This document shows, piece after piece, positions 8,589 through 18,685 of a stretch of DNA of 64,000 nucleotides (the stretch's first letter is position 1; the number at the start of each line of letters is the position of its first letter). Made by a program: the position numbers and the translations under genes. Location of the stretch: assembly GCA_963796105.1 (NCBI GenBank), contig CAWCKJ010000004.1, positions 1,120,001 through 1,184,000 on the forward strand. Reading direction: 5' to 3'. The notes under the pieces were generated by a model, which worked only from the letters and a program-made list of their open reading frames with translations, had not been told where the DNA came from and searched no databases. Source of the DNA: a candidate division FCPU426 bacterium (lineage in GTDB: Bacteria > Oederibacteriota > Muellerivitia > Muellerivitales > Muellerivitaceae).

Positions 8589-10784
8589 TTATTTGGTTTC
8601 CTGGATCACCGCTCCGGCGTAGGAGGCGGCCCATTGGGCGAGATGGGTCAAGCCTTGGGCCTGGAAGTATTGGCCCAACTTCCGGTAATCCTCCCGGGAT
8701 TTCTCCTTATTCAGCGGGACTTTGTCTGGGGGCGATGCCTTGATCTCCCCAATTCTGGATGCGATTTCCTTGGATTGGGGGCTCCTGAGCAGGGCTTTTT
8801 GTAAACAGGCAATGGCGGACTCCTTGTTCCCGGCCAAGAAACAGGCGGTTGACTCATTCAGGTAACAAGGCAAATAGTCCGGGTCGCATTGGATTCCCTT
8901 ATCGCATAAAACTTTCGACATCTCCAAGTAACCCCATTTTCCCAGGATGACAGCCTGGTCGGCATAAGCGATGGCTGAGTCCGGGTAGAAATCCAGTCCC
9001 TTCCCAAAATGCCTCAAGGCCGGAAGATCCTGGGAGGCTTGGTAAAGAAGGTGGGCGGCCTCGAAATGCTGGTTGGAGTAATAGCGGTACATTTCAGTGC
9101 TGGAAAAATCCCTCCCTGGGTTATTCCAAAACTCAGCGAGGCCCCTGTATCTTCCGCGGTCCGAGAGCACCAGGACTGCTTCGGAAACGGATTCGAGGGA
9201 CGGCGGCTGGGCCGACCATTGGTAAGCCAAGCCGTGAAGAGACCAAGCCCCTTTCTGAGGATGCCTCAGGGCCGGAAGAAATTCCCAACCCAGCGAATGA
9301 AACAAGGGGCGGGCCAGGCCCCCGCGGATGAGATTACCAAGACATTCCCCCACTTGGGCGTCACTTGAAGGGAAACACAATGACCCAAAGAGATCCAGCG
9401 AGAGCTGGTTCCATCCCCAACCGTGGAGCAGGAAAATGGAGGGAGTAAATGTGACATCCGGCCGAAGCCCCCGGACGTATTTCCCGTACCAGATGGGCAT
9501 CACATAATGGTCGCCATCCCCCAAAAACACCGCTCCTTTGGGGATATCCCTCAGGGCGTTCGTCCCGAAATCCTCCGCCAGGGTGTAGCGGCTTTTATCC
9601 TCGAGGTGGTAGACGTGGACGAGCCATCCGCAGGAAAAAAAGGCAAGGACGGCCGCAAATACCCAAGCCGTTTTTTCTTTTTTGAAAAAACGGGTCCCTA
9701 TCCATAAGACTCCTGAAAAGCCAAGCGCCAGCCAGGCGCCCGCGATGGAAATAAGGTAAAGGGGAAGAAGGTGCAGGTTCTTCAACTCGTGGATGAAAAA
9801 GACCGCCGTTGAAACGGGCAGGATTAACGAGAGGAGCGCGGAAAATATTTTTTTGTCCCTGCCCCAAAGATACAGGGTGCCTAAGGCGGCCAGGGGGATA
9901 AAGCCCGGCATCCAGGACCAAAGAGCGGTTTGGAAAAACTCCTTGAGGGTTTCGAGATAAAAAACGGGAGGTTGTACCCAGGATTCCAGGCCGGAAACCA
10001 AGTGCCGGGATACCACCCAAAGGAATTCCCGCAAGTTAACCGGGTTACCCCAGCAAGGCTCGGCGCGCAAGGCCGACCTGACAGGGAGATAGAGATAAGG
10101 CGTCAGCCCAATGAAAGCGAGGGAAATAGAACGAAGAACAGCTTTGATGCTAAGTCTTGAGGTGGAAAATCCGCCCCAAACCAAAAGAAAAGGAACCCAT
10201 AAAATAGAGGTTTGCCAGTGATGGGCGAGGCCCAAGCCCCAAAGGAAGCAAGCCAGGATGAAGTATCCGCTTTGGCTCGCGGAACGCCGGAGGAATAGCC
10301 AAAGCAAGAAATTAGAAAAGCAAAGGGAGAGAGTGTAAATACAGCCTTTTGCCGTGAGGCTTTGGGCGAATAGGTTTCGGCATGAGATAAAGAGCAATCC
10401 CGTACTGGCCAGGAGGGTCAGTTGGATTTTTTGCCGGGAGGGAGAGAACCAGGAATCGGATGTCCCGATCCGCCGGCATGAATCCAGGATAAACCAGAGG
10501 GAGACGAGAAGCAGCGATTGGGAGAAAAGATTCAGCCTGAAAGCCGGGGATCCCACGGGAAGCCAGGTGGCCAGGTGCCCCAGGAGATTGAAGAGGGGAT
10601 AGCCAGGAGGGTGGGGCAGTCCCAGGTTCCAGGCGGCGGCGGCCAACTCGCCGCTGTCATCCGACATGAGGCCGGGGTTCTGCGCCAGGAGAAGGACCTG
10701 CCATAATCCGAGAAAAAACAAAGCTCCCAGCCAATGGGGCATGGGATTTGACTCTTTTTCCCGTATTGGCTGGATTGGACTCAT
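8589..10784 (-). CDS. DUF2723 / TMEM260-like membrane glycosyltransferase with C-terminal TPR
   Basis: DSGEL..A..LG.PHPPGYPLF signature, GLAHH, PYLYLPVR, WGNP, followed by TPR-like helices. Confidence 0.85.
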   Translation of the reverse strand: MSPIQPIREKESNPMPHWLGALFFLGLWQVLLLAQNPGLMSDDSGELAAAAWNLGLPHPPGYPLFNLLGHLATWLPVGSPAFRLNLFSQSLLLVSLWFILDSCRRIGTSDSWFSPSRQKIQLTLLASTGLLFISCRNLFAQSLTAKGCIYTLSLCFSNFLLWLFLRRSASQSGYFILACFLWGLGLAHHWQTSILWVPFLLVWGGFSTSRLSIKAVLRSISLAFIGLTPYLYLPVRSALRAEPCWGNPVNLREFLWVVSRHLVSGLESWVQPPVFYLETLKEFFQTALWSWMPGFIPLAALGTLYLWGRDKKIFSALLSLILPVSTAVFFIHELKNLHLLPLYLISIAGAWLALGFSGVLWIGTRFFKKEKTAWVFAAVLAFFSCGWLVHVYHLEDKSRYTLAEDFGTNALRDIPKGAVFLGDGDHYVMPIWYGKYVRGLRPDVTFTPSIFLLHGWGWNQLSLDLFGSLCFPSSDAQVGECLGNLIRGGLARPLFHSLGWEFLPALRHPQKGAWSLHGLAYQWSAQPPSLESVSEAVLVLSDRGRYRGLAEFWNNPGRDFSSTEMYRYYSNQHFEAAHLLYQASQDLPALRHFGKGLDFYPDSAIAYADQAVILGKWGYLEMSKVLCDKGIQCDPDYLPCYLNESTACFLAGNKESAIACLQKALLRSPQSKEIASRIGEIKASPPDKVPLNKEKSREDYRKLGQYFQAQGLTHLAQWAASYAGAVIQETK

Positions 10785-10906
10785 GGATTGATTTTAGCAG
10801 GTCCATCGGCAACTAAAAACAACGGGATGAACCGTTTCAAATCGTTTTTGCCGCCTTTGCCCGCGAGGGGATTGCCGGGATCGAGGGATAGCGGTTCCTT
10901 AAAGCC

Positions 10907-11761
10907 TCAAGCTAATTTTCCTGTTTGGTAATCCAGGAAAGCCTGCTTCAGTTCGCCGGGGGTGTTCATGACGAATGGCCCGCCGCGGGCGATGGGTTCC
11001 CCGATCTTTTGGGCTGAGGCGAACAGGAAGCGCGCCTTCCCCCCGCCTGAGTCCTTGAGATGGATTTGGTTTCCCTCGCCGAAGACTCCCAAATATCCGG
11101 TTTTGCCGGATTGAGTTTTACCAGCACCTAACGCTTCAACTTGTCCCTCAATTACGTAGATGAAAGCGTTCTGGTTCTCAGGAACTGGATACTCAAATTC
11201 CGCTTCAGGGTCCAAAGTCAGGTCGAAATAACTGAATGGGATATTGCTCTTCGCCGGGCTTTTTTGGCCCCCATATTCACCCGCGAGAATTTTCGCCCTC
11301 ACACCGCCTTGCTCGACGACTGGCAAAGCCTCCGAGGGAATGTCCTGGTAATAGGGTTCGATCATTTTCCATTTGGCGGGGAGGTTCAGCCAAAGCTGGT
11401 AGCCCCAGGAAAGACCGCCGGTTGGCTCCGGCATCTCGCTGTGGATGAGGCCCTTGCCCGCGGTCATCCATTGGACGGCCCCGGTTTTCAAGTGGCCCTT
11501 GTGGCCCCGCGAGTCCCGGTGGGTGAAATTGCCCGCCAAGAGGTAGGTGATGGTCTCGAACCCCCGGTGGGGGTGGTCGGGGAAGCCAGCCATGTAATCC
11601 CCGGGATCATCGTTCTTGAACTCGTCCAGGAGAAGGAAGGGGTCCAAATGATCCAGCTCCCGCGAGGCGATGATACGCTTGAGCTTGACCCCCGCCCCGT
11701 CGGAAGTGTCTTGGCCCCGGATGATTTTATCGATGGATCTTATTTTCTTAGTCTGGCTCAT
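10907..11761 (-). CDS. Pirin family protein
   Basis: DGAGV, DPFLLLD, FPDHPHRGFET, WMTAGKGLIHSE, QLWLNLP. Start placed after a GGGAG RBS. Confidence 0.95.
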   Translation of the reverse strand: MSQTKKIRSIDKIIRGQDTSDGAGVKLKRIIASRELDHLDPFLLLDEFKNDDPGDYMAGFPDHPHRGFETITYLLAGNFTHRDSRGHKGHLKTGAVQWMTAGKGLIHSEMPEPTGGLSWGYQLWLNLPAKWKMIEPYYQDIPSEALPVVEQGGVRAKILAGEYGGQKSPAKSNIPFSYFDLTLDPEAEFEYPVPENQNAFIYVIEGQVEALGAGKTQSGKTGYLGVFGEGNQIHLKDSGGGKARFLFASAQKIGEPIARGGPFVMNTPGELKQAFLDYQTGKLA

Positions 11762-11861
11762 GATGCTCCCCCCTTGTTCTTTCCCCATTTTTATGAACAT
11801 CAGGGATGAATATCCAGTGGTTACCAGGGGGAGAGCGGTTTGAGAAAGGGAATAAAGATTT

Positions 11862-12002
11862 TGTCATTGCGAGCCGCGAACTCCGCGGCGAAGCAAACTC
11901 AGTTTATGGGTGGTTTTTTAGGATTTGGATTAAGGCATTATTAAACTAAGGTTGCTTCGTCATAATCACCCGCCTATTCGGCGGGCATTCCTCGCAATGA
12001 CA
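11862..12002. repeat. Palindromic intergenic element (REP/RPE/MITE-like)
   Basis: Terminal IR TGTCATTGCGAG / CTCGCAATGACA, inner IR CGAAGCAA / TTGCTTCG, and two small internal hairpins. Confidence 0.8.
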
Positions 12003-12020
12003 TATTAAGGTTTAGAGAAT

Positions 12021-12878
12021 TTAACTTCTCGCTTGGATGACCCAGACCAGGATGGAGGCGGCCAGGCAGTAGAAGCCGAAATATTTCCACCGGCCCTTCT
12101 CCAGCCAGCTGGAGAGCCATTCCAAGGCCAGAAGACCCGCCGCGAAGCTCAGGCAGGTTCCCAGGAGGCTCGGAAGAACCAAGTGGCCCAGGGTTCCCGG
12201 AGCGGCGTCCAAGGCCGATTGGGCCTTCCAAAAACGCAGTATCTCCTTGCCCAGCGCGAAGGGGGTGACGGCCAGGGCCAGGGCAAAACTGAATTCCTCG
12301 GCTTTTCTGCGGGCCAATCCTAAAAGAAGCCCTGCGGAGATGGTCGCCCCGGAACGGGAAAAACCCCGGAAAGGAAGGCAAAGCCCCTGGACCAGGCCGA
12401 TCCAGGAGGATTCCGACGGTCCCAATTTTTTCTCGTCCTTTTCCCCCGTGTCTTTTCGCGAGGAAAAAATGATCAGGGCGCCAGCCGCGGCCAAGGCGAT
12501 GGAAATAAGCTTGAGGTTCCCGAAAAGCATCTCAACTTCGGCGTTGGGCGTCGCGCGGAGAGCCACTTTCTCAATCAACTTCATCAGGATAAAGCCAGCC
12601 CCGAGGGTCACGACAGTCGCCAACACGACTTGTTTCAGGAAAGCCAGTGCCTTTTCCCTGGAGGCGAAATAATTGTTTTTCCAGTCGTCCCAGAAATAAA
12701 CCAAAACGGAGAACATGGTCCCGGTATGGAGCGCCACCAGGAAAAGGGTCATGGCAGGGTCGGTGGGATCCAAGCGCAGGAGTTTCTCCGCCAGGATGAC
12801 ATGGGCGGAACTGGACACGGGAAGAAGCTCCGCCAGTCCCTGCACGACGGCCAAGAGGGCGATTTGAAGAAGGTTCAT
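12021..12878 (-). CDS. uppP: Undecaprenyl-diphosphate phosphatase (BacA/UppP)
   Basis: VQGLAELLPVSSSAH and GFSRSGATI motifs. Confidence 0.95.
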   Translation of the reverse strand: MNLLQIALLAVVQGLAELLPVSSSAHVILAEKLLRLDPTDPAMTLFLVALHTGTMFSVLVYFWDDWKNNYFASREKALAFLKQVVLATVVTLGAGFILMKLIEKVALRATPNAEVEMLFGNLKLISIALAAAGALIIFSSRKDTGEKDEKKLGPSESSWIGLVQGLCLPFRGFSRSGATISAGLLLGLARRKAEEFSFALALAVTPFALGKEILRFWKAQSALDAAPGTLGHLVLPSLLGTCLSFAAGLLALEWLSSWLEKGRWKYFGFYCLAASILVWVIQARS

Positions 12879-13041
12879 GGGTTGGTTCCTTTCACGGCGG
12901 ATAAGATAACCTAAAGAGGCTTGAAAAACCCCAGGAAAGATGACGAAAGCATTGGCGCTTGACTAGGTTGATTTTCAGGCTCGATACTTGTCCCGATGGG
13001 CTGTAAAGATGATTTTTCCATTACCTTCCAGGAGGAAATTT

Positions 13042-13425
13042 ATGCCGGGTTTATTTCTTGTCATCGGACTAGCGGCGGGTGTGGCGGCGGGTTTGTTCGG
13101 AGTGGGAGGGGGCATCCTGATCGTCCCGGCCCTGACTTTCCTGGCGGGTTTCTCGCAGGAGAAGGCCACGGGAACCAGCCTGGCGGTGCTTTTACCCCCT
13201 GTGGGGCTTATGGCGGTATTGGAATATTACAAGAACGGCAACGTGGACCTGAAAGCGGGATTGATCATCGCCTGCGGGCTGGTCGCGGGGGCTTGGCTGG
13301 GCGCGATGGGCGCCCACAAGGTCGGGGAAACGGGATTGAAAATATCCTTCGGGGTGTTTTTAACCCTCATCGGGATTTGGGTCATTGTGTCCGCCCTGAG
13401 GGGATTGCCGGTTAAATCCCTGTAA
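13042..13425 (+). CDS. Half-size TSUP (TauE/SafE) family transporter
   Basis: GLFGVGGGILIVP and ATGTSLA; AGGAGG RBS before ATG 13042. Confidence 0.88.
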   Translation: MPGLFLVIGLAAGVAAGLFGVGGGILIVPALTFLAGFSQEKATGTSLAVLLPPVGLMAVLEYYKNGNVDLKAGLIIACGLVAGAWLGAMGAHKVGETGLKISFGVFLTLIGIWVIVSALRGLPVKSL

Positions 13426-13464
13426 TTGCGCAAGGGCCAAGTCTAAAAATAATATTCATGATTC

Positions 13465-14079
13465 CTAGTATTTGACGCTACAGCCGTAGGGAACGGTTGT
13501 TTTTACAGAAACCTCCCGTCCAGACATGGACTCTTTTAAGGCCTGATCCACGTAATTCAAGTAGGGTTTCCCGTCCTTGGTCTGTCCAGGCCATTCATCC
13601 TCCAAAGGGGCGTTGTCCACAGCGCCGTCGTAAATGAGGATTCCCTTCGGGTCAATGATGAAAAGATGGGGAGTGGTCTTGGCCCCGTAAGCGTGACCGA
13701 TCAAGCCCGTTGGGTCCAGGAGGATCGCGGTGGGGGCGGCGCCGTTGCGGCTCGCATCCAGATTGGCTTTTTTCGGGGTCACATAGCCGTCTTTTCCCGG
13801 GGCGGAGGAGATGACCTGGAACCAAACGACCCCCTTTTGGGTCCACTCCTGTTGGAGCTTTTGCATTTTTCCCTTGTACTGGCTCTGGGTGAAGGGACAG
13901 TCGTGGTTATGCCATTCCAGGACCACGAATTTTCCCAGATTGTCCGACAGTCTTCTAATTTTTCCATGGCTGTCCCTGCCCTTGAAGTCCGGCGCCTTCT
14001 CTCCCACCTTAGCCGCCAGCGCGTGAGTGGCGGAAAGACCCAAGGCCAGCATTCCCAGTAAGAAAATCGTCTTTTTCAT
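13465..14079 (-). CDS. Secreted redoxin / AhpC-TSA thioredoxin-fold protein
   Basis: Signal peptide, VGEKAPDF, VLEWHNHDCPF, YGAKTTPH, PYGCSVKY. Confidence 0.88.
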   Translation of the reverse strand: MKKTIFLLGMLALGLSATHALAAKVGEKAPDFKGRDSHGKIRRLSDNLGKFVVLEWHNHDCPFTQSQYKGKMQKLQQEWTQKGVVWFQVISSAPGKDGYVTPKKANLDASRNGAAPTAILLDPTGLIGHAYGAKTTPHLFIIDPKGILIYDGAVDNAPLEDEWPGQTKDGKPYLNYVDQALKESMSGREVSVKTTVPYGCSVKY

Positions 14080-14720
14080 GATCCGTGTTCCCCCTTTTGC
14101 CACTTCTCATAGTTGAGCCGCGGAATACTCAAGAAGGAGTCGCGGGTTTTTACATAGCTGCCCGTGCCGTTCATTCGGCCCAAGGCATGGAGATCCTGGG
14201 CGAGGACATAGGGGCCCTTGGGGTCGATGAACCAGTCCTCCGCGTAAACCGACACGACCTCTCCCAGGATGATTCGCGACTTGCCAGGTTTCAAGGTCTC
14301 GTATAGCCGGCACTCCAGGGCGGCATGGGCCTTCTTGATCCGGGGAACAGAGACCACCGAGGACTTTTCGGCGGTCAAACCCGCCATTTCCAGCTCGTTG
14401 ACCCCGGGAGGGAACTCCACCCCGCAGATATTCATCTGCCGGGCGATGTCCTCGGTCACGACGTTGACGACAAACTCACCGGTCAGCTCGATATTCCTGG
14501 CGGTGTCCTTGACCCCGTCCCCGTCTCCGGATTTCTGGGCGATCCCCAAACCCACGATAGGAGGGTCCAGGCAGAGATAGTTGTAGGCGCTGAAGGGGGC
14601 GGCGTTGAGGCTTCCGCCGGGGCCGAGGCTCGTGACAAGGGCGATAGGACGCGGCGCGACCAGGCCGATCAAGAGGTTATAAACCTCGCGCATTTCTGAT
14701 TTTTTCAGGTCGAAGTTCAT
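14076..14720 (-). CDS. Flavin reductase family protein (DIM6/NTAB-like)
   Basis: VAPRPIALVTS, NAAPFS, KDTARNI, GEFVVN. Confidence 0.92.
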   Translation of the reverse strand: MNFDLKKSEMREVYNLLIGLVAPRPIALVTSLGPGGSLNAAPFSAYNYLCLDPPIVGLGIAQKSGDGDGVKDTARNIELTGEFVVNVVTEDIARQMNICGVEFPPGVNELEMAGLTAEKSSVVSVPRIKKAHAALECRLYETLKPGKSRIILGEVVSVYAEDWFIDPKGPYVLAQDLHALGRMNGTGSYVKTRDSFLSIPRLNYEKWQKGEHGS

Positions 14721-14822
14721 GATGGGTCTCCCGTGAGGTACCGCTGCCTAAGTATAAGCATAAATAGCGCTATAGATGAATGGGGGTTGAATTGGACAGG
14801 ATTTAAATTGATTTGTTTAAAG

Positions 14823-14857
14823 AAAAAGGGCCTCAGGTTTCCTGGAGCCCTTTTTTA
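14823..14857. terminator. Probable intrinsic terminator downstream of 14916-16358
   Basis: AAAAAGGGC-CTCAGG..CCTGGA-GCCCTTTTTT hairpin with A and T tails. Confidence 0.7.
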
Positions 14858-14915
14858 TTCATGATCGAATTTTTCTAACCGGCAAGCCTGACCTAGTAGG
14901 CCTTTTAGACTTAGA

Positions 14916-16358
14916 TCAAAAGAAACCCGCAATCATGATTCCGCCGAAGGGACCGCTCAGATTCAATTTAAAAGGCCTGGAATTGGCCGTTGTTGTACTG
15001 GAGGCGCCTATAAAAGTTTCGTTGGCGGCGATTGTAACCATCTGTAAGGATAAGGAACCATTTTTAAAGGAATCGGCTGATGCGGTTTCATATCCTCCAT
15101 AAGCTGAAATACCCGCGTTTTCTCCCAAGCGGAAATCAACACCAGCCTGGCCCTGGCCGCCGGCTCCCATGGACGAATATGTCCCCGCCATCGCATTGGA
15201 AGGGGTACTTGAGTAATCCATACTCATTGGCATGACGAAACCACCAGCGCCAATAAAAGGCCTGATGTCCCCCTCGCCAAACAGATAACGGAGATTTAAA
15301 CCCACCGAAAATGCGCTGATGTCGAAGGAATCACTCCCAGCAACTCCTTGATAAATATAACTTTCAGTAAATTTTCCGACAGGCAGGTAGGATAGGGGAA
15401 TTCCAATTTCTAAATTAGATCCGATACTAATGACAGGTTCCAACGCGATTTGCATGGTGCTGGTTGGTATCTTGGCGTCATAGGTATCAGAGGCGTATCC
15501 CGAGGATTGGGAAATGGATACGGCGGTTTGAAAGGAAGTCGCATGGGTGACCAGATCGTCAAGGCTGATCGAGACAATGGATGGCTCCAGCCGGATTCCG
15601 AACCCGCTTCCCTTGGAGGCTGTCTTAGCCGGTTTCGTGGACGACGCGGCGGCCACCTGGGAATCCACCCACTGCTGGTCCGCCGGAGCGAACCTTGATT
15701 TCAACTGGGTGAGGTAATTCTGGATGGAGGGATCCGGTTGTTTCTGGTTGGAAAGAGTCAAGGCCACGGCGGCATCCTTATAATCCCCGGTCATGACTTG
15801 GCAGTAACCCAGGTATTTGTAAGACGCCGCGTCGTTCGGGTTAGCCTGGATCGCCGCTTGGAATTGGGGAATAGCTTGGGCGTATTGTTTTTGTTGGTAA
15901 AGGGCGACTCCCTGGCTGAAAGCGGATGATGCCGCAGGTGTCGCGGCCGCTACTGGGACCGCCGCAGCTACAGGGGCTGCCGCTGCTGGCGCCGCCGCCG
16001 GAGCAGCTGCCGCGGGAGATCCAGATGTCACCAGCTTCGCCTGGATGGTCTGGACAAAAGAAGCCAACTGGGTGTTGTTGGGCTGGAGCGCGAGGGCTTT
16101 TTGGTAATCCGTTAAGGCGCTTTGGAGCTGGCCTTGCTGGTAGTAGCAATTGCCCCGGCTTTGAAGGGCGCCCACGTTATTGGGGTCCATGTTCAAGGCC
16201 GCCGTGAAGTATTGGACGGCTTGAGTGTAGTTCTGGGCGTTATAGAACTGGAGCCCGGCATTGTAATAGTCAACCGCGGTGTAGGCCGAAGCAATCGAAG
16301 AAGCCAAGAATAGAACCGCGATCAATCCAAAACGGCGGAATAATTGAATAGAACCCAT
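14916..16358 (-). CDS. Secreted TPR protein fused to a C-terminal outer-membrane beta-barrel
   Basis: Signal peptide, two TPR blocks separated by an Ala/Pro linker, amphipathic strands (GLNLRYLFG, RPFIGAGG, AGVDFRL), terminal Phe. Confidence 0.75.
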   Translation of the reverse strand: MGSIQLFRRFGLIAVLFLASSIASAYTAVDYYNAGLQFYNAQNYTQAVQYFTAALNMDPNNVGALQSRGNCYYQQGQLQSALTDYQKALALQPNNTQLASFVQTIQAKLVTSGSPAAAAPAAAPAAAAPVAAAVPVAAATPAASSAFSQGVALYQQKQYAQAIPQFQAAIQANPNDAASYKYLGYCQVMTGDYKDAAVALTLSNQKQPDPSIQNYLTQLKSRFAPADQQWVDSQVAAASSTKPAKTASKGSGFGIRLEPSIVSISLDDLVTHATSFQTAVSISQSSGYASDTYDAKIPTSTMQIALEPVISIGSNLEIGIPLSYLPVGKFTESYIYQGVAGSDSFDISAFSVGLNLRYLFGEGDIRPFIGAGGFVMPMSMDYSSTPSNAMAGTYSSMGAGGQGQAGVDFRLGENAGISAYGGYETASADSFKNGSLSLQMVTIAANETFIGASSTTTANSRPFKLNLSGPFGGIMIAGFF

Positions 16359-16496
16359 GAGACCTTCCTTTAATAAAATTTGTTCCTGCTAACGGCTCGA
16401 CAGAATGAGGCAAAACAGGTTCTCCCCGAACCCGTATCAGGGAGAGATTTTACCAAGATTAACCGTTTTGGGTGAGTGAAAATCGGTTGCCGGGGG

Positions 16497-18512
16497 TTAT
16501 TCTTTTTTACCGGATTTCTTCTGGGCGAGCTTCCATTTCTTGAAATAATCAGGGTTTTGGGGCTGGAGGCTTTCCGCTGTTTGGTATGCCTGGGCGGCCT
16601 CTTTGTATTTTCCCTGGAGCATGTCAATATCGCCCAACTTCCCATAAAAAAGGGCTTCCTTGGGCATCAGCATGATTCCTTTCTTGTACCAGGCGGTGGC
16701 CTCGGGCAAATTACGGTTTTTAATGTAAAGGGAGCCAAGATTATCCAGGTACTCCGGGCTGAAGGGGTTAAGCGAGTAGGCGTTTTTAAACGCCTCCTCC
16801 GAGTCCTTCAAGCGTTTCAAATTCCAATAGGTGACGCCCAGGTCCCGGAAGCCGTCCGAGAAGTCGGGCCTGATCTTGACCACCTCCTGGATGGCTGCCA
16901 AGGCTTTCTCATGAAGACCTTTAAGCTCGTAGGCGTACCAGAGATGGTGGTACAAATCCGAAGGGGCGGCATCCTGGTAAAGATTGACGGCTTGGTTCAA
17001 TTCCTCGATGGCCTCGTCCGGGCGGTTCATCGACAGGAGGACCGTTCCTTTCTCCTCGTGGATGTGGGCGCTGGTAGGGGGGAGCGCGAGGGCCAGGTCG
17101 TACTCGCGCAGGGCGTCGGCGTGGCGTCCCGCCAACTCATAGGCCCGGGCCAGGTTGGCGTGGGGGACCTGGCTCCCCTCAGGGAATAACCTGTCCACCT
17201 CCTCCCAAAGCGCCACTGAGTTTTTCCAAATGGAGAGCTGGCGGACGGTTCCCGATCCCAAACCCAACACCATAAGGGCGCAGAGCCCCGCCAAAAGAGC
17301 CGGCTTCTTTGAGAGCTTGGTCGAGAGAAAGGAGGAAACTAACAGGAAAATTCCAAGAGTTGGAAGGTAGGTGTAGCGGTCCGCGGCGGCCTGAAGCCCC
17401 ACCTGGGGGAAACCCAGGACCGGCGCGAGGGTGGCGAGATAAAAAACCCATGCGGCCGCCAGGTACGGTTTTCGCCTCCAATAAATCACACAAACCAGGG
17501 AAATAGCCGCTACCGCCAAGGCTGAGGCTAAATGAGTGAGAGTGTAAGTCTCCAGGTTGGGATCCATCGGATAGAAGGGAGCCAGGTTCAAGGGCAGCAG
17601 TATTTTCCAAAGGTAAAAGCCCAGGGAATGAAAAGCGTTCATGATCCGGTAATCCAGGGGAATAAGCCCTGGGGTGATAAAAGCGCCCGCCTGGTATTGG
17701 GCGAAGGCTGTGACTCCGGAAACGGCCAAGGAGGCGAGGATAAAAAGTGTCTTCTCGAATAACATTTTGGAAAACGCGCCCTTCAACCGTCCCAGGGGCC
17801 ACGCGTCCAGCAGGAGCAAAACCAGGGGAAGGGTGACCGACATGGGTTTGGACATTAGGGCCAGCAGGAAAAGCCCCAGGCAGGCATGGAATTTCCATTT
17901 TTTAACGGGGACCTGGGAGGCGTAATCGACGTACAACAAAAGGCTGCCCAGGTAGAAGAAGGCGCAAAGGACGTCCCTTCGTTCCGCGGCCCAGGCCACG
18001 GATTCAACATGAAGGGGATGGAGGCCGAACAACAACGCGCTTAAGAAGGCGGCGGGAACCAGAGGGAAACCGGACCGAAGCCCAGGATCATTGTCGTGAA
18101 TTTGTTTTTGCGCTGATTCCAGGACGCGGAAGGAAAGAAAAAACACGAGGGTAGTGTTAAGCGCGTGAAGGAAAAGGTTGTGAATGTGGTAAACCCAGGG
18201 ATGAAAGCCCGCTATTTGGTAGTCCAGGGCCAGGGAAATCCAGGTCAGGGGAATCCAATTTCCGGTTTGGGAGGTGGACCAAATCCACTGGAAAAAGGTG
18301 AGGCCTATGGCCCGGATGTGGGGATTGTCGAAGATGAATACCTGGTCGTCCCAAATCACGAAATCATGGCGGGTAACGGGCAGGTAAAAAAGGAAAGTCA
18401 TCAGGGCCGGAACCAAGGCCCAAAACCAAGATTTCTTCCGTCCGGTCCACGCGTTCAAGAAAGGGTTTGGGTCCTTTGAGACGGCGTCGGTCTTCCCTGT
18501 TTCAGGGGGCAT
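16497..18512 (-). CDS. TMTC-like GT-C membrane glycosyltransferase with C-terminal TPRs
   Basis: FVIWDD..I.DNP, WIPLTW, HPLHVESVAW.AER.DVL, LMSKP, ADRYTYLP, WKNS..LW, followed by TPRs. Confidence 0.8.
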   Translation of the reverse strand: MPPETGKTDAVSKDPNPFLNAWTGRKKSWFWALVPALMTFLFYLPVTRHDFVIWDDQVFIFDNPHIRAIGLTFFQWIWSTSQTGNWIPLTWISLALDYQIAGFHPWVYHIHNLFLHALNTTLVFFLSFRVLESAQKQIHDNDPGLRSGFPLVPAAFLSALLFGLHPLHVESVAWAAERRDVLCAFFYLGSLLLYVDYASQVPVKKWKFHACLGLFLLALMSKPMSVTLPLVLLLLDAWPLGRLKGAFSKMLFEKTLFILASLAVSGVTAFAQYQAGAFITPGLIPLDYRIMNAFHSLGFYLWKILLPLNLAPFYPMDPNLETYTLTHLASALAVAAISLVCVIYWRRKPYLAAAWVFYLATLAPVLGFPQVGLQAAADRYTYLPTLGIFLLVSSFLSTKLSKKPALLAGLCALMVLGLGSGTVRQLSIWKNSVALWEEVDRLFPEGSQVPHANLARAYELAGRHADALREYDLALALPPTSAHIHEEKGTVLLSMNRPDEAIEELNQAVNLYQDAAPSDLYHHLWYAYELKGLHEKALAAIQEVVKIRPDFSDGFRDLGVTYWNLKRLKDSEEAFKNAYSLNPFSPEYLDNLGSLYIKNRNLPEATAWYKKGIMLMPKEALFYGKLGDIDMLQGKYKEAAQAYQTAESLQPQNPDYFKKWKLAQKKSGKKE

Positions 18513-18685
18513 TTGGTTCCTTTATAGGAGTTGGGAATACCGCATTCTATCAGATGGAACTCCCTACCAAAAGAAGAGGACCCCTTTGCCGGCCGGATCA
18601 AACGCCGACTTCCTTTTTAACTCCATAAAGTGTATGAATAGTCCGGCGGTCCTCATAACATCAAGTTATCAAGGGAGGGGGGAAG

